Assembly: GCF_009914755.1 (NCBI RefSeq)
Contig: NC_060932.1
Reading direction: 5' to 3' (one strand)
DNA length: 64,000 bases
From: the human T2T-CHM13v2.0 reference genome, Homo sapiens
The first letter of the stretch is position 1. The number at the start of each line of letters is the position of its first letter. A program made the position numbers and the translations under genes. Of this stretch, positions 27,640 to 46,243 are shown one piece after another. The notes under the pieces are model-generated. The model worked only from the letters and a program-made list of their open reading frames with translations. It made no database searches and had not been told where the DNA came from.

Positions 27640-27850
27640 TTTAAAGAGTATTAACTAGCATTTATTGAATACTAAATGTTTTACCTGTATTAATTTAGCC
27701 TCATAATCCTGTTTTTACAGAAGAGGAAACTGCAAACCACAGAGGCTAAATAAACATGGTTGCCAATAAATAATAAACACCACATCAAACCGTAGAGCCA
27801 GAATTGGAGCCCAGGTAGACTTCAGAGTGTGTGCCTTTAACTCATTAAAC
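27640..27850. mobile_element. MIR
   Basis: ttttacagaagaggaaactg...agagccagaattggagcccaggtagacttcagag. Confidence 0.7.
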
Positions 27851-28734
27851 TATTCCACATCTCTGGCAGGATCTTGCCACTTGAAGCTTCTGATCTATTA
27901 TTCCTTCATTTTCACTGAATTCACTACTTGCAATGGGCAGTGATTTATTTTTGACTTATTTACTTTCCTTGACTAAATCATCAGGGCTACAAATTTCCTG
28001 TTCCCTACAACAATCTTTTAGCCCATATCACTTTCATCAGAAGTTTACTAGTAAAGGAGTCCATGGTAAGGGGATAGAAAAGGGACCTAAAAAAGGATAT
28101 TTAATTATTATTAACTAGTTTTTGAATGAGTTTCGGGTGACTGTAGCAATCAGTTCTTTCCTTGAGTTTGCAGACAGATAGGGGTGATTGGCTTCTCCAT
28201 GAAACCATGCACAGAGCCAAGACAGAAAATTGCTTTCCCACCATCATCTAGTGTACGGCCAAGAATCTAGGATTCCAGGTATAGTTAAAATTTTAATAAA
28301 ATCCGTATTCCTTATATAGCTTCAATGCGATGGTTGCTTTAAGATTTTTGAATTGTAAAACTGTCTGCTTCACTTCATCTTCCAACTGGACAAAACAAAA
28401 CTTTCAAATAACCAGGAATCCACCATTTTATGGCTTTATAAAAATTCAGTTGTCAACAAATTCTCCATCAAAAGCTCTCCTCAACTACCCTATTGCACTT
28501 CAAAATAAATCAGAAGAGCATTCTACTTCAAATAAAAAGCAGACTGAATATGCAATAAATTCCTTCTTTTATGACAATTTTCCCTGGAGCTGTGTTTATT
28601 AATACCACTGAGATACTGCAAACTTTTGTTGTGAGATCAAAAAATGGAAGAGTTGATAGTGACCACATAAAGCTTTGTTTTCCCCTGTTTGAACTTACAG
28701 CAGAGAACATTGTGATATTTAAAAAGTAAAATAA

Positions 28735-29290
28735 AAGAGAGAGGACAACTGGCTAGTCAATTATTTAAGAAAAAGATCATAATGTCCTTTCCTCAGACCT
28801 TTCAGAACAAAAATAAAAAGGGGAAGAAGAAGAAAAAAAAACAAATAAAATTCTAGCTAGATTAAAGATATAAATTTTAAAAATAAAACACAAATAATAG
28901 AAAAGACATGGGCACAGTATTTTATAAGTTTCAGATAGAGAAAGCTGTCCTAAGTATGATACTAGCCCAGAAGGCCAAAAATTGTTTTACTACAAACAAG
29001 TACAAATTTTATATCGCAACAAAATCAAAATACAAAAAACAGGGCAGAAAAAATAAAATATTTTCAACACCTGTGAAATACATGGTATAATGTACAGTGT
29101 GTGAAAGCCACTTAACAGTAGAATTGGGAAAAGTAGGATGGAGAAAACTGACTTTGATATTTTACTAAATGATCTCCTGAAATAGAGTTTTTACAGGCAT
29201 ATATTTTTCTTAGAATTCAACAGGAAGGAGAGAAGTGAAATAGGTAAGAAAAAAAGAAGAGTGTGGAAAAATAAATTTAAAAAACTTTAT
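28735..29290 (+). mobile_element. Old L1M fragment
   Basis: gacaactggctag, agattaaagatataaat, ctaagtatgatactagcccagaag ORF2-like motifs. Confidence 0.5.
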
Positions 29291-30719
29291 ATTTTCTATA
29301 AATATCAAGATTGTCACAGTCTAATATCCTCAGTCATCTAGTAACTAAGAGGCCACAATGATTTCCAGCTGCAACCACATCTGAATTCAATCAGCAGGCA
29401 CCAAATTTGGTACTATTGCTATTCAGAAGTTAGCAGATGCATTTTGCTCTTTAGAATTTAAACTGAGAACCAAACATTTTCACTCCCAATGCTAGTCAAA
29501 GTTCACCACAGATCTTTGTCATAAAGATACATTAGCATAAACTATTACAATTAGGATTCATATAGAGCAAGTAAGCTTCTTTCATTCATTTCCCCATGAT
29601 GGTGCATCTTTTATTTTTCATTTTGCAAAAAATCAATCTCAAATCACACTTCTCAGAAAAACAATTGGATTCTAAACTTCAGAATCAATATTGAAAAGGT
29701 AACAAATGCATGCAAGGATTAAATACAGAACTACAGAATTTGTAATCTCAGATCACAGTCCAAATTTTGTAAACAGAGTATATCCATTACAAAGACTGTC
29801 CTGTGGGGAAGTGTAAAGAAATTAGTTGGTAACAACTCATTCTGCTTGAAAAATGTTCCTCTCCTTGTCTACCTACTTTTCCTACTTTTCTTACAAAAAT
29901 ATCAAGTTTCCAAAACAAACAACATTTTTATCTTAATTTATCTTTACTCTTAATTTATCTTAACTCTTACAAAAGGTAAAAAAAATTAACTTACATTTTG
30001 ATTCATATGTAACTCATTATATTTACTTTAAAATTATAATCATAGGAAATCAATACTGTCTTGGACAATCCAGGATTTGTGATCCATGGATCAATGTTTA
30101 TTTCTTCTTGGTTAAGTAAATACTTCCTCTAATTTTCAACTTTTCCAAGAAATACTTCTTGTACAAGGTAGATATAAGATGGATTAAGAAGAAAAAGTCT
30201 GAGGACTGATTTAGCTATGTAAATAAATTTTAATTAAATAAGGGCTAATTTTATAATACTACTGCTGCATCATCTAATTTTGGTTACCTTGAACCAAGAT
30301 TTCAAACTAAAGTGGCTTTAAAACCTCAAAATGTAGTCCAATGCCAAGTATTTAGTTTCTATACTTCTTTTCTGGAAGGAATGGTTAAGATTATTGGCTA
30401 GCTCCTTATCACACTTACCAGAAACTTCTGAATTCAGTTTACCTCTCAAATGTAGGCTTCCCTATTTGTTTTGTATTTTCAAAACAAATTTTCACCCATT
30501 GAGAAATTCAGATATATCATTCCCACTAGTATCTAAATGGTAGCTAAAACTCTTTCTTTTAAACAAGAAAATTTAGATTAAAAACTGAAATATACCATTG
30601 CTTGATATGGCACCTGGTCAAATATAAGATTTTGGTTGGAATTTTTTTTTCCACTCTGTTGGAAAGTGTCTAACATTGTAACAGACACTTCCTTTGAACT
30701 CTTGCCCAGAACAGGATTG

Positions 30720-30721
<2 letters not shown>

Positions 30722-30770
<49 letters not shown>
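30722..30770 (+). repeat. Pure A49 homopolymer
   Basis: Direct count; no retroelement body upstream. Confidence 0.95.
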
Positions 30771-30772
<2 letters not shown>

Positions 30773-31534
30773 TATTAAAGCACCACTGACTTTGAATACT
30801 TTTTGAATACTTTTCCTTGGAGACCATACAACATGTTGAGGGATTTTTGGGGGGAGTGGGGGCGAGGGGAGTAAGATATGTTCTTTGCTTAGACCAGGAT
30901 ATGTTAATCCGCTTATGTAAAGAAGTGTTGACACCAGGAAAAAGCCATCAAATGATGCAAACCTTCTGACGTTAGTGAAAGCCATCCATCCAATCACATG
31001 TTTGAATTGACTGACTAAAGATATCAAGCTACTTTATCTGTTTATTCCTAGATTGACAAATTTAGAACAATGAACTACCACATTTCATCATTCATCAATA
31101 ACTTATTATAATTAAAAATAATACTGAGAACTGCAAGAGATCAATAAGGCCTGATTTCTCTCCTGGAGGAGTTCCTACTGTATAATCTACCACCATTCTA
31201 ACCTTCCTTAGCAGTGCTCATATGAATCCAAGAGAGGAAAGGGAAAAAGCTGTTTTCAGGGATACCCTTGTCAAACAGTTATCCCTTATCTTGATGTTTC
31301 TCTGTATTAACTTAGTTCAATTTTCCCAAGTAATGTATTTCATTCAAATACTAGACATTTGCTCTCCTTTCAAGTTGGCCAAATCAGTCCTATCAACTGA
31401 GTAAGAGCTGCCTGTATTTATGGGATACCCCTCCTAAAATAATAAAACTTTTGATTCCCAGGTTGAGATAGGTTTGCTTCAGCATCTGAAGATTTGCTCT
31501 GAGAAATAACTGGTAGTTGTTTTTTGAGACAGTA

Positions 31535-31692
31535 TGTTTTTTAAGTGCTCTCATCACAAAAATGCTAAGTATGTGAGGCAATATATGTGATAACTAGTGT
31601 GGTTCAGCCAATGTATACGTGTTTCAAAACATGTTGTATACCATAAATACATTCAATTTTTATTTGTCAATTAAAAACATAAATAATAATAA
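31535..31692 (+). mobile_element. L1MA 3' terminal fragment
   Basis: ttaagtgctctcatcacaaaaatgctaagtatgtgagg...tttatttgtcaattaaaaa. Confidence 0.75.
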
Positions 31693-32085
31693 TGTAAAGT
31701 AATCTCAATGGTGTAATGAAAAAAGACTTCTTTTGGTTGAGGAGTGGAAGGAGGCTTCAAGCTACATGCTGTTATATTTTAAGGAAGAAAAGAACTATTT
31801 ATTCATCACCAGACATCTGACACAAACTATTTCACATAATCCTCTGAATAGTCTTAGAGATAGAAATATTTGTCCAATGTTGGAGGGGAAACAATGAAAA
31901 TTAAAGTGGTAAATGGCTTGCCTGAGGAATTCTGGCATCCAAACATACATCTCTCTTGTTAAAAAACTTATTTTATTGCTATTATACCACATGACGTGAA
32001 AATTAAACAGCAGGTATAAATATATGCATTTTGGAACCATGCCCCATGAGATTATAAAGCACAGGTAATGAAAATTGTCCACTTA

Positions 32086-32464
<379 letters not shown>

Positions 32465-32672
32465 AAATTCTGAGTTTACTTACTTGTTAGGTAAAGAAAC
32501 AGGATATACACTTGAGTAAAGAAAATTTTTAAGTAGCTCATTTAGAAGAAGATATCACAAGAGTGGATATATGCTAGAAATGGGTGGAGATCCATTAGCT
32601 TAATGTTAATTAAAAAAATGAAAGTTTGCATTCTGTATGAATGATATGAGTCCCATAAATATGTGCACTGTT

Positions 32673-33008
<336 letters not shown>

Positions 33009-33169
33009 TCAGAAAAGAGTCTTCAATTGGGTTCAGTTAAGGTGGAAGTTTCCACAAGACGGGAACTCAAACTTTGTGGTCTTTTCACAGCTTCAGATGG
33101 TTAGAACCAGCTGTGGTAAAATGCAGTAGAGTATTCAGTTTTCTACTTTGTTGGTTTCTTTCAGTGTTC

Positions 33170-33422
33170 TCTTTTTTGTAACTGTAAATTGCTAAAGTAT
33201 AATTGGATGTATTTATGGGGTACAAAATGATGTTATGATTTATGACTAGAGAATAGAATGGTGGTTAGTCACCAGAGACTAGGGAAATTGGTGGAATGGA
33301 GGGCTGATGGTCAAAGGGTACAAAGCCTCAGTTAGGCAGGAGGAATGAGTTTTTCGTTGCAGATTTTTTTTTTTAGATATATTGCACAGTGTAGTGAATA
33401 TAGTTAATAATCGTGTATTATT
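33170..33422. mobile_element. Short L1MA 3' fragment with internal inversion
   Basis: Antisense terminal 3'UTR (33170-33245) fused to a sense upstream 3'UTR piece (33246-33422). Confidence 0.65.
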
Positions 33423-33449
33423 TAAAAACCTTTTTGGCTTTTAAATATT

Positions 33450-35140
33450 TATTAAAGATTTATTTAACATATCATTGAGGAGCCAAGCAAGATGGCAAAT
33501 CTAGTTCAAATGAGAGACACGAATTTAGAGCCACTAAAAGAAAGATGCCTGGGATAAAATTGCTAAATTAGATACAAAACTGGTTAATGCTCTCTAGGGC
33601 AATGCACTGTACAGTTTACATTGTAAACTTTTCTGTAAGCATTTACATTCCTACTGCAAAAAATTATTTGCATTATTATCTATTAGACAATGATGAATTG
33701 CATCATTATTTTTTCTATAAGTTAACAACTAGCCTTACAGAGGTATAAATATCCTAATGGAAGTATGTTAAACTAACACACATAATCCTGAAGAACTAGA
33801 CAACCTTAGGTAGGCCTATTAGATAATTCTCCAGTAGAACATTTAAAATATATGCAATTATCTTTTTGCCTATTTGCAAATATTAGCTCTTTATTTCTTT
33901 ACGTTTCTCCTCTGTGATTAAAAAAATGATCTTCAAAGATTAATGTTGATCACAAAAATGCTAGATGGTTTTCCAGCTTGCTTTATAGACATAAGTGTTG
34001 TAAAATTTGTTAACATGCTTAAACTTCCCTGTGATATGTTCAGCACATCTAAAGCCATAGGTTGACACGCAATTACTAAGTGCAGAAAATTATCTTCTAT
34101 CTGGAGATTTCATAAGGAATCTAGGATGCTATTTATAATAGTCTCCATCACTTTAGAGATCTTTCTCTTTCTCTTTCTTTCTCTCTCTCTCTCTCTCGCT
34201 CTCTCTGCAAAGCCTAGAAAACAAAACTCAAGAAATTCATAGGCATCAGTTTTGCCTGCATTATCTATAAATTTGAGTATATTATCTTTTCAAGGTCCCC
34301 ATACTCAGCTAAAGTTTCTGGCCTGCCAAGAAGGGATTTCTCTTACCATCTGTAAGGCAGAGACCCTATGAGCCACACAACTGTACCTGATAAGTTTCTT
34401 GGGAGGGCTTTATAAACAAATGTCCTGCATATGAAATATAATTCTGGCTTAAATGAAAGTATGAGATTTACTCTCAAATATGACACCTCAATGCAAAATT
34501 GATTATTTGATTTATGTTCTGATAACAAGGAAGACAAATTCTTACTGAATCTATGCAAATAATAACATTATCAATAAAATTACAGAGTTTCAGGAGAAGC
34601 ATTTCTTTCAAAATTCTGAAGGGTCAGTAAAAATAGGTATCATTTAGAGAATATTTCATAATAAGTATGAAAAAAGTCTAATTTGAGGGTTAGAGACAAG
34701 TTGAGGTGAAAAATACTTCCTCATACATCTAGTAGGAAATAGAATATTAAAAATGATAGCAAAAAAAATTCCAAAACAATCACAATTACATGTATCTCAT
34801 TATTTTATTCAATTCTATGTAATTAAGTCTTGCCTCACTGGATCTTGGCTCTGCAGTACACTGTATACATTTCTGTGCTTCTGGATAATAAAGGGGTCCC
34901 AGTAGTTGTTTTCATGTCATTTCTGAAGCATGTGCATTATAGTTTACTTCTCTGGGTATCAATAGTAAATAGAATTTTGTATAAACTTTGTTATGCAGGC
35001 CTAACTCTTTATTTAAACAAAATTTCTAGATTGGAGCTTAGAGCAAAGTCTTCAGGTAAAGATCAGAGGAAAGACATTTCCTGCTGATGATAAAATTGAA
35101 TGGTTGTATTTTTACTTAACCAACCATATCAAAAGTCTTT
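33450..35140. mobile_element. Probable ERV1 (MER4-group) internal fragments
   Basis: ttctggcctgccaagaagg...gggagggctttat, ttctgataacaaggaagacaaattcttactgaatctatgcaaataa resemble MER4-group internal sequence; family not resolved. Confidence 0.4.
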
Positions 35141-35791
35141 CCAAGTGCTCATTAGTGTCTTATGTGTGTGTATGCACATCATTTTTAATGTTCATATAAT
35201 ATGCATGAAAATAGACCACATGTTGGGCCAAAAAACAAGTACCAATAAATTTTAAAGGACTAAATCAAATATATTTTCTGATAACAACAGAATTCATTTA
35301 GAAATAAGACCCATAAGAAAAACCCTAAATATTTTAAAATCATATCACACACTTGTAAATAACTTAAGAAATCATAAAGAAAAATTAAAATATTTTAACT
35401 GAATGAAGTAAACATATAGCATATCAAAATTTTTCATATACAGTTAAATATATGCTTAAAGGAATAATTATAGGTTCAATGTCTTACACAATAAAAGAAG
35501 TAAGGTCTAAAGTCAATAAGGTAAGCTTCTTCTTTAAGGAGCTAGGAAAAGAAAAGTATATTGTACCTGTGGTATGCAGACATAAAGAAATAGTGAAAAT
35601 AAGAGTAGATACCAATGAATTAAAAGACACACCAAAAAATGAAGAAAAAATTGATTATTTTTTAAAATTAATAAAATGGACAAACCTTGATCAGACTAAT
35701 CAATAAAAAAGATAAAAAGGTAATATAAATTACTAATATAAGGGATGATAAAGGAGATGTCAGAAGATATTTGATAGACATTAGAAGAATA

Positions 35792-36059
35792 CAGATTGAG
35801 TACTTCCTATCCAAAATGCTTCGGACCAGAAGTGTTTCTAATATCACATTTTATGTTTCATATACTCCTTATATTCACAGCCTGAAGGTAATTTTATACA
35901 ACATTTTTAATGATTTTGTACATGAAACAAAGTTTTGACTGCATTTTGACTGTAACTCATCACATGAGCTTAGCTGTGGAATTTTTCCACTTGTAGTGTC
36001 ATGTCAGTGCTCAAAACGTTTTGGATTTTGGAGCTTTTGGATAAGGGATGTCCAACCTA
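35792..36059. mobile_element. Tigger4/Zombi (MER46-type) DNA transposon fragment
   Basis: cagattgagtacttcctatccaaaatgcttcggaccagaagtgtttc ... ttggataagggatgtccaacct terminal inverted ends. Confidence 0.8.
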
Positions 36060-36644
36060 AAATAAGACAGTATCATGAACAACTTACAGCAAATACATTC
36101 AACAAAATTGATAAGTAAAAGAAAAGAAACACTATCCACGAAATTTATGAGAAACACATCATTCTGATTTTTACAAAAATTAGACAAAGATGTTACAAGG
36201 AAAGAAAACAGTAGATCAATATCCCTCAAGAGCATAGATGCAAAAATCCTTAACAAAATATCAGCATATCAAATCCAGCAATATATGTAAAAGATAAAGT
36301 ATCACAAGAAATTGGAATTTATTCCAAAAATGCAAGATTTTTAACAGCTTAAAATAGAATATAATTTACAATATGGATTAAAAGTATAAAAAACAGATGA
36401 TCATCTTGTATGCATAAGCCATTTTATAATATTCATTCATAATTTAAAAAGTCTTAAGAAACTATGATTAGAAAGTAATACTTTCAATCCAATTAAAAAA
36501 AGACTGAAAAATTTACAGTTAATGTCAAACTTAATGATGAAAGACAGATAGCTTTCCCACTAAGGACAATTAACAAGGCAACATCATCTACTCTCACTAA
36601 TTCTATTCCACTTCTTACTGAAGATCCTAGCCAGTCCAAAAAGA

Positions 36645-36770
36645 AGGGATGGGAGGGGAGAGCAAGCGAGAGAGAGAGAGCCAGAGAGAGACAGAGAGAG
36701 AGACAGAGAGAGGGACAGAGAGAGAGACAAGAGACACAGAGAGAAAGGAGGGAAGGAAACAGGAGGGAGG
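36645..36770 (+). repeat. (GA)n/(GAGACA)n purine-rich microsatellite
   Basis: gagagagagagccagagagagacagagagagagacag... Confidence 0.9.
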
Positions 36771-36830
36771 TCAGATTGAAAAAGAAATACATTTTCTTCA
36801 GTCAAGATAATAATGTTTATAAAAATCCTA

Positions 36831-37302
<472 letters not shown>

Positions 37303-37327
37303 TTAAGAAGTAAATTTGATAAATTTA

Positions 37328-37675
37328 GTGTTTTAGTCTGTACAGTCTAACAAAACCTCAGTAAACTAAGTGGCTTATAAGCAATGAACATTTATTTCCT
37401 CACAATTCTGAAGGCTAGAAAGTCCAAGGACAAGGTAGCAGTAGATTTGGTGTCTGCTCAGGGCCTATTCATCACAGAAGGCAGCTTCTAGCAGGGTAGC
37501 TCTCTGGGGTCTTTGGAGTCTCTTCTATAAGGACACGAATCCCATTCATGAGAGCCCTACATTTATGACTTAATCATATCCCCCAAAGACCCTCCCCCTT
37601 AATAAAATCAAATTGGGAATTAGGTTCCAACATATAAATTTGGGAGTGGGGGACATGAACATTTGGACCATAGCA
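37328..37675 (-). mobile_element. MLT1A-like LTR
   Basis: gtggcttataagcaatgaacatttatttcctcacaattctgaaggctagaaagtccaag...ggggacatgaacatttggaccatagca. Confidence 0.8.
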
Positions 37676-37689
37676 TATAGAACCTACAA

Positions 37690-38389
<700 letters not shown>

Positions 38390-38489
38390 CATAGCATCTA
38401 ATTTTAAGACTTACAATAGTAATTAAAACAGTGTTGTACTAGTATAAGGATGAACACGCATAGCAATAAAATGATAGAAAGTCCATAAA

Positions 38490-38630
38490 AAGACATATAT
38501 ATATATATACACATTATTATAAGTATATATGTACATGTATGTATCTGCTATATAAAGGTGTTATATATTTAATATGCAATTATATATATTTATATATTTA
38601 ATATATGTTATATAATTTAATATATGTAAA
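38490..38630. repeat. (TA)n-rich low-complexity tract
   Basis: atatatatatatac...tatatatatttatatattta. Confidence 0.8.
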
Positions 38631-39769
38631 ATTAACTTTTTGACAAAAAGTACTGAGGAAATTAAATAGCAAAGTATTTTTAAAAAGTGGTATTAGAACA
38701 ACAGAATGTCCATATGGGGAGAAAAGGGGAAACTTAGTTTACTTCTACCTTTACATCTGCCTTATATTATACACAAAAATTCACTCAAAATGGCTCATAA
38801 ACAATATAGTTTTTATAGTTATTTTACATAAAACTATAAAACTTTTAGAATAAATCATAGGAGAATATGTTCGTGACTTGGAATAAGCAAGGATTTCTTA
38901 GGAAACAAAAATCCCACAAACCTTAATAAAAATAATTGACAAACTTTAGCAAAATTAAACTTCAGCAAAACACAAATCCTAAAAAAATTGATAAAATTGG
39001 GAGGTGGAGCCAACATGGCCAAATAGGAACAGCTCCAGTCTATAGCTCCCAGCGTGAGCGAAACAGAAGACGGGTGATTTCTGCATTTCCAACTGAGGTA
39101 CCATGTTCATCTCACTGGGGAGTGTCAGAAAGTGGGTGCAGGACAGTGGCTGCAGCCCACCAAGCATGAGCCGAAGCAGAGCAAGGCATCACCTCACCCG
39201 GGAAATGCAAGGGGTCAGGGAATTCACTTTCCTAGTCAAAGAAAGGGGTGACAGACAGCACCTGGAAAATCAGGTCACTCCCACACTAATACTGTGCTTT
39301 TCCAATGGTCTTAGCAAAGGGCACACCAGGAGATTACAGCCCGCGCCTGGCTTGGAGGTCCTTCGCCCACAGAGCCTTGCTCATTGCTAGCACAGCAGCC
39401 TGAGATCAAACTGCAAGGCAGCAGCGAGGCTGGGGGAGGGGCGCCCACCATTGTCAAGGCTTGAGTAGGTAAACAAAGCAGCAGGGAAGCTCGAACTGGG
39501 TGGAGCCCACCTCAGCTCAAGGAGGCCTGCCTTCCTCTGTAGACTCCACCTCTGGGGGCAGGGAATAGCCAAACAAAAGGCAGCAGAAACCTCTGCAGAC
39601 TTAAATGTCCCTGTCTGACAGCTTTGAAGAGAGTAGTGGTTCTCCCATCATGCAGCTGGAGGTCTGAGAACGGACAGACTGCCTCCTCAAGTGGGTCCCT
39701 GACCCCCGAGTAGTCTAACTGGGAGGCATCCCCCAGTAGGGGCAGACTGACACCTCACACGGCCGGGTA

Positions 39770-39898
39770 CTACTCTGAGACAAAACTTCCAGAGGAACGA
39801 TCAGGCAGCAACATTTGCTGTTCACCAATATCTGCTGCTCTGCAGCCTCTGCTGCTGATACCCAGGCAAACAGGGTCTGGAGTGGATCTCCAGCAAAC
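39770..39898 (+). promoter_or_regulatory. ~129-bp L1 5'UTR segment (ZNF93-binding region) retained, absent from L1PA2/L1HS
   Basis: Extra sequence between cacacggccgggtac and tccaacagacctgcagctg, which are contiguous in L1HS; the ZNF93 assignment is prior knowledge. Confidence 0.7.
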
Positions 39899-40026
39899 TC
39901 CAACAGACCTGCAGCTGAGGGTCCTCACTGTTAGAAGGAAAACTAGCAAACAGAAATGATAAACACACCAAAACCCCATCTGTACATCACCATCAACAAA
40001 GACCAAAGGGAGATAAAACCTCAAAG

Positions 40027-41043
40027 ATGGGGAAAAAACAGAGCAGAAAAACTGGAAACTCTAAAAATCAGAGTGCCTCTCCTCCTCCAAAGGAACGCAG
40101 CTCCTCACCAGCAATGGAACAAAGCTGGATGGAGAATGACTTTGATGAGTTGAGAGAAGAAGGCTTCAGATGATCAAACTACTCCAAGCAAAAGGAGGAA
40201 GTTCGAACCCATGGCAAAGAAGTTAAAAACCTTGAAAAAAAATTAGACGAACGGCTAACTAGAATAACCAATGTAGAGAAGTCCTTAAAGGACCTGATGG
40301 AGCTTAAAACCAAGGCACAAAAACTACGTGATGAATGCACAAGCCTCAGTAGCTGATTCGATCAACTGGAAGAAAGTGTATCAGTGATGGAAGATCAAAT
40401 GAATGAAATGGAGTGAGAAGACAAGTTCAGAGCAAAAAGAATAAAAAGAAACAAAAAAAGCCTCCAAGAAATATGGGACTATGTGAAAAGACCAAATCTA
40501 CGTCTGATTGGTGTACCTGAAAGTGACGGGGAGAATGGAACCAAGTTGGAAAACACTCTGCAGGGTATTATCCAGGAGAAATTCCCCAATCTACCAAGGC
40601 AGGCCAACATTCAAATTCAGGAAATACAGAGAATGCCACAAAGATACTCCTCGAGAAGAACAACTCCAAGACACATAATTGTCAGATTCACCAAAGTTGA
40701 AATGAAGGAAAAAAATGTTAAGGGCAGCCAGAGAGAAAGGTCGGGTTACCCACAAAGGGAAGCCCATCAGACTAACAGCTGATCTCTCGGCAGAAACTCT
40801 ACAAGCCAGAAGAGAGTGGAGGCCAATATTCAACATTCTTAAAGAAAAGAATTTTCAACCCAGAATTTCATACCCAGCCAAACTAAGCTTCATAAGGGAA
40901 GGAGACATAAAATACTTTACAGAAAAACAAATGCTGAGAGACTTTGTCACCACCAGGCCTGCCCTAAAAGACCTCCTGAAGGAAGAACTAAACATGAAAA
41001 GGAACAATAGTACCAGCCACTGCAAAAACATGCCAAATCGTAA
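40027..41043 (+). pseudogene. L1 ORF1p (RNA-binding), disrupted
   Basis: atggggaaaaaacag start; in-frame tga at 40171; fragments KRPNLRLIGVPESDGENG and MLRAAREKGRVT split by frameshift. Confidence 0.92.
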
Positions 41044-41106
41044 AGACCATCGAGGCTAGGAAGAAACTGCATCAACTAACAAGCAAAATGACCAGATAAC
41101 ATCATA

Positions 41107-44939
<3,833 letters not shown>

Positions 44940-45318
44940 ACAATGAGAATGCATGGACACAGGAAGGGGAACATCACACAGCTGGGGCTGTTGTCGGGTG
45001 GGGGGAAGGGGGAGGGATAGCACTGGGAGATATACCTAATGTTAAATGACGAGTTAATGGGTGCAGCACACCAACATGGCACATGTATATATATATATGT
45101 AACAAACCTGCACGATGTGCACATGTACCCTAAAACTTAAAGTATTAAAAAAAAACTTAAAAAAATTAGCAGTAATTACTAAGTGTGAGTGGCTATTAAT
45201 CCCTTTCCCTTCTTCCAATAGCATTTCAATTTCCTTCGTTATCTGTAATAATAGTAAAACTATACAGCAAGTAAACAGCCAGATAATAATTTCTCAATCT
45301 GACAGAGAATGCAATAAA

Positions 45319-45606
45319 CTTTTTTTTTTAAGGCGGGTTCTCACTGTCACCCAGCCTGGAGTGCAGTGACAATATCAGCTCACTATAGCCTCCACTTCCC
45401 AGGCTCAAGCTACACTCCTGCCTCAGCCTTCCAAGTAGCTGAGATTACAGGTGTGTGCCACCACACCCAACTAATTTTTGTATTTTTAGTATAGAAAGGG
45501 TTTCACCATGCTATCCAGACTGGTTTTGAACTGCTGACCCCAAGTGATCTGCCCACCTCAGCCTCCAAAAGTGCAGGGATTACAGGCATGAGCCATTGTG
45601 TCTAGC
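45319..45606 (-). mobile_element. AluJ-like element inside captured segment
   Basis: cactatagcctcc, caggctcaagc J-type diagnostics; heavily diverged; own TSD tgcaataaactt / tgtaataaactt. Confidence 0.88.
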
Positions 45607-45902
45607 CTGTAATAAACTTTTTAATAGTATTTTTTGAAAAATGACATTACAATAGTGAGGCTAAAACTTCACTGTCTCTTTATTTTCATGTATATTTTCA
45701 GGTTGAAAACAAACACAATTCAAGATATTAGTATTGAATTCTTCCAGATTCCCTATCTCTGCAGCCCTTACTCTAGAGTAGAAAATATTTAATCCCATCC
45801 TCTGGCTTATTTTGTTTTCTGGCCTGCAAACCAATATTAACCTGAGACAGTAAATACTGGACATAATTACAACTTCAGATGAGTGGACTCAACTTCCATT
45901 CC

Positions 45903-46243
45903 ATGATGAGTTCATGTCCTTTGTAGGGACATGGATGAAGCTGGAAACCATCATTCTCAGCAAACTATCACAAGCACAAAAAAACCAAACACCGCATGTT
46001 CTCACTCATAGGTGGGAATTGAACAATGAGAACACATGGACACAGGAAGGGGAACATCACACACCAGAGCCTGTTGTGGGGTGGGGTGGGGAGGAAGGAT
46101 AGCATTAGGAGATATACCTAATGTTAAATGATGAGTTGATGCGTGCAGCCCACCAACATGGCACATGTATACATATGTAACTAACCTGCAGATTGTGCAC
46201 ATGTACCCTAAAACTTAAAGTATAATAAAAAAAATAAAAATTT
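45903..46243 (+). mobile_element. Second L1PA4-like 3' end (~330 bp) with A tail
   Basis: Repeats 44821-45145 (atgatgagttcatgtcc...aaaacttaaagtat); followed by the TSD of the 38999 element. Confidence 0.92.

Larger units (their letters stand above)
24480..30720 (-). mobile_element. Very old RTE-clade LINE fossil (L4/RTE-X-like), endonuclease+RT, split by younger insertions
   Basis: Co-linear minus-strand peptide relics: YNVR, GEMNERSLLALYES, LEDEVKQTVLQFKNLKATIALKLYKEYG, KERTDCYSHPK, SFTSKLLMKVIWAKRL, FFIDF, AAFNDDFV, HLGSFL, SNYEIRK (see findings). Confidence 0.65.

Noticed and set aside
28296-28345. ALKLYKEYGF as a GNAT acetyltransferase motif
   Set aside because: Better explained as the KAPG..ELYK region of the RTE fossil; a stop follows and there is no other GNAT context.
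30578-31027. 149-aa minus ORF with a poly-Phe run
   Set aside because: The run is translation of the A49 tract; no recognisable protein.
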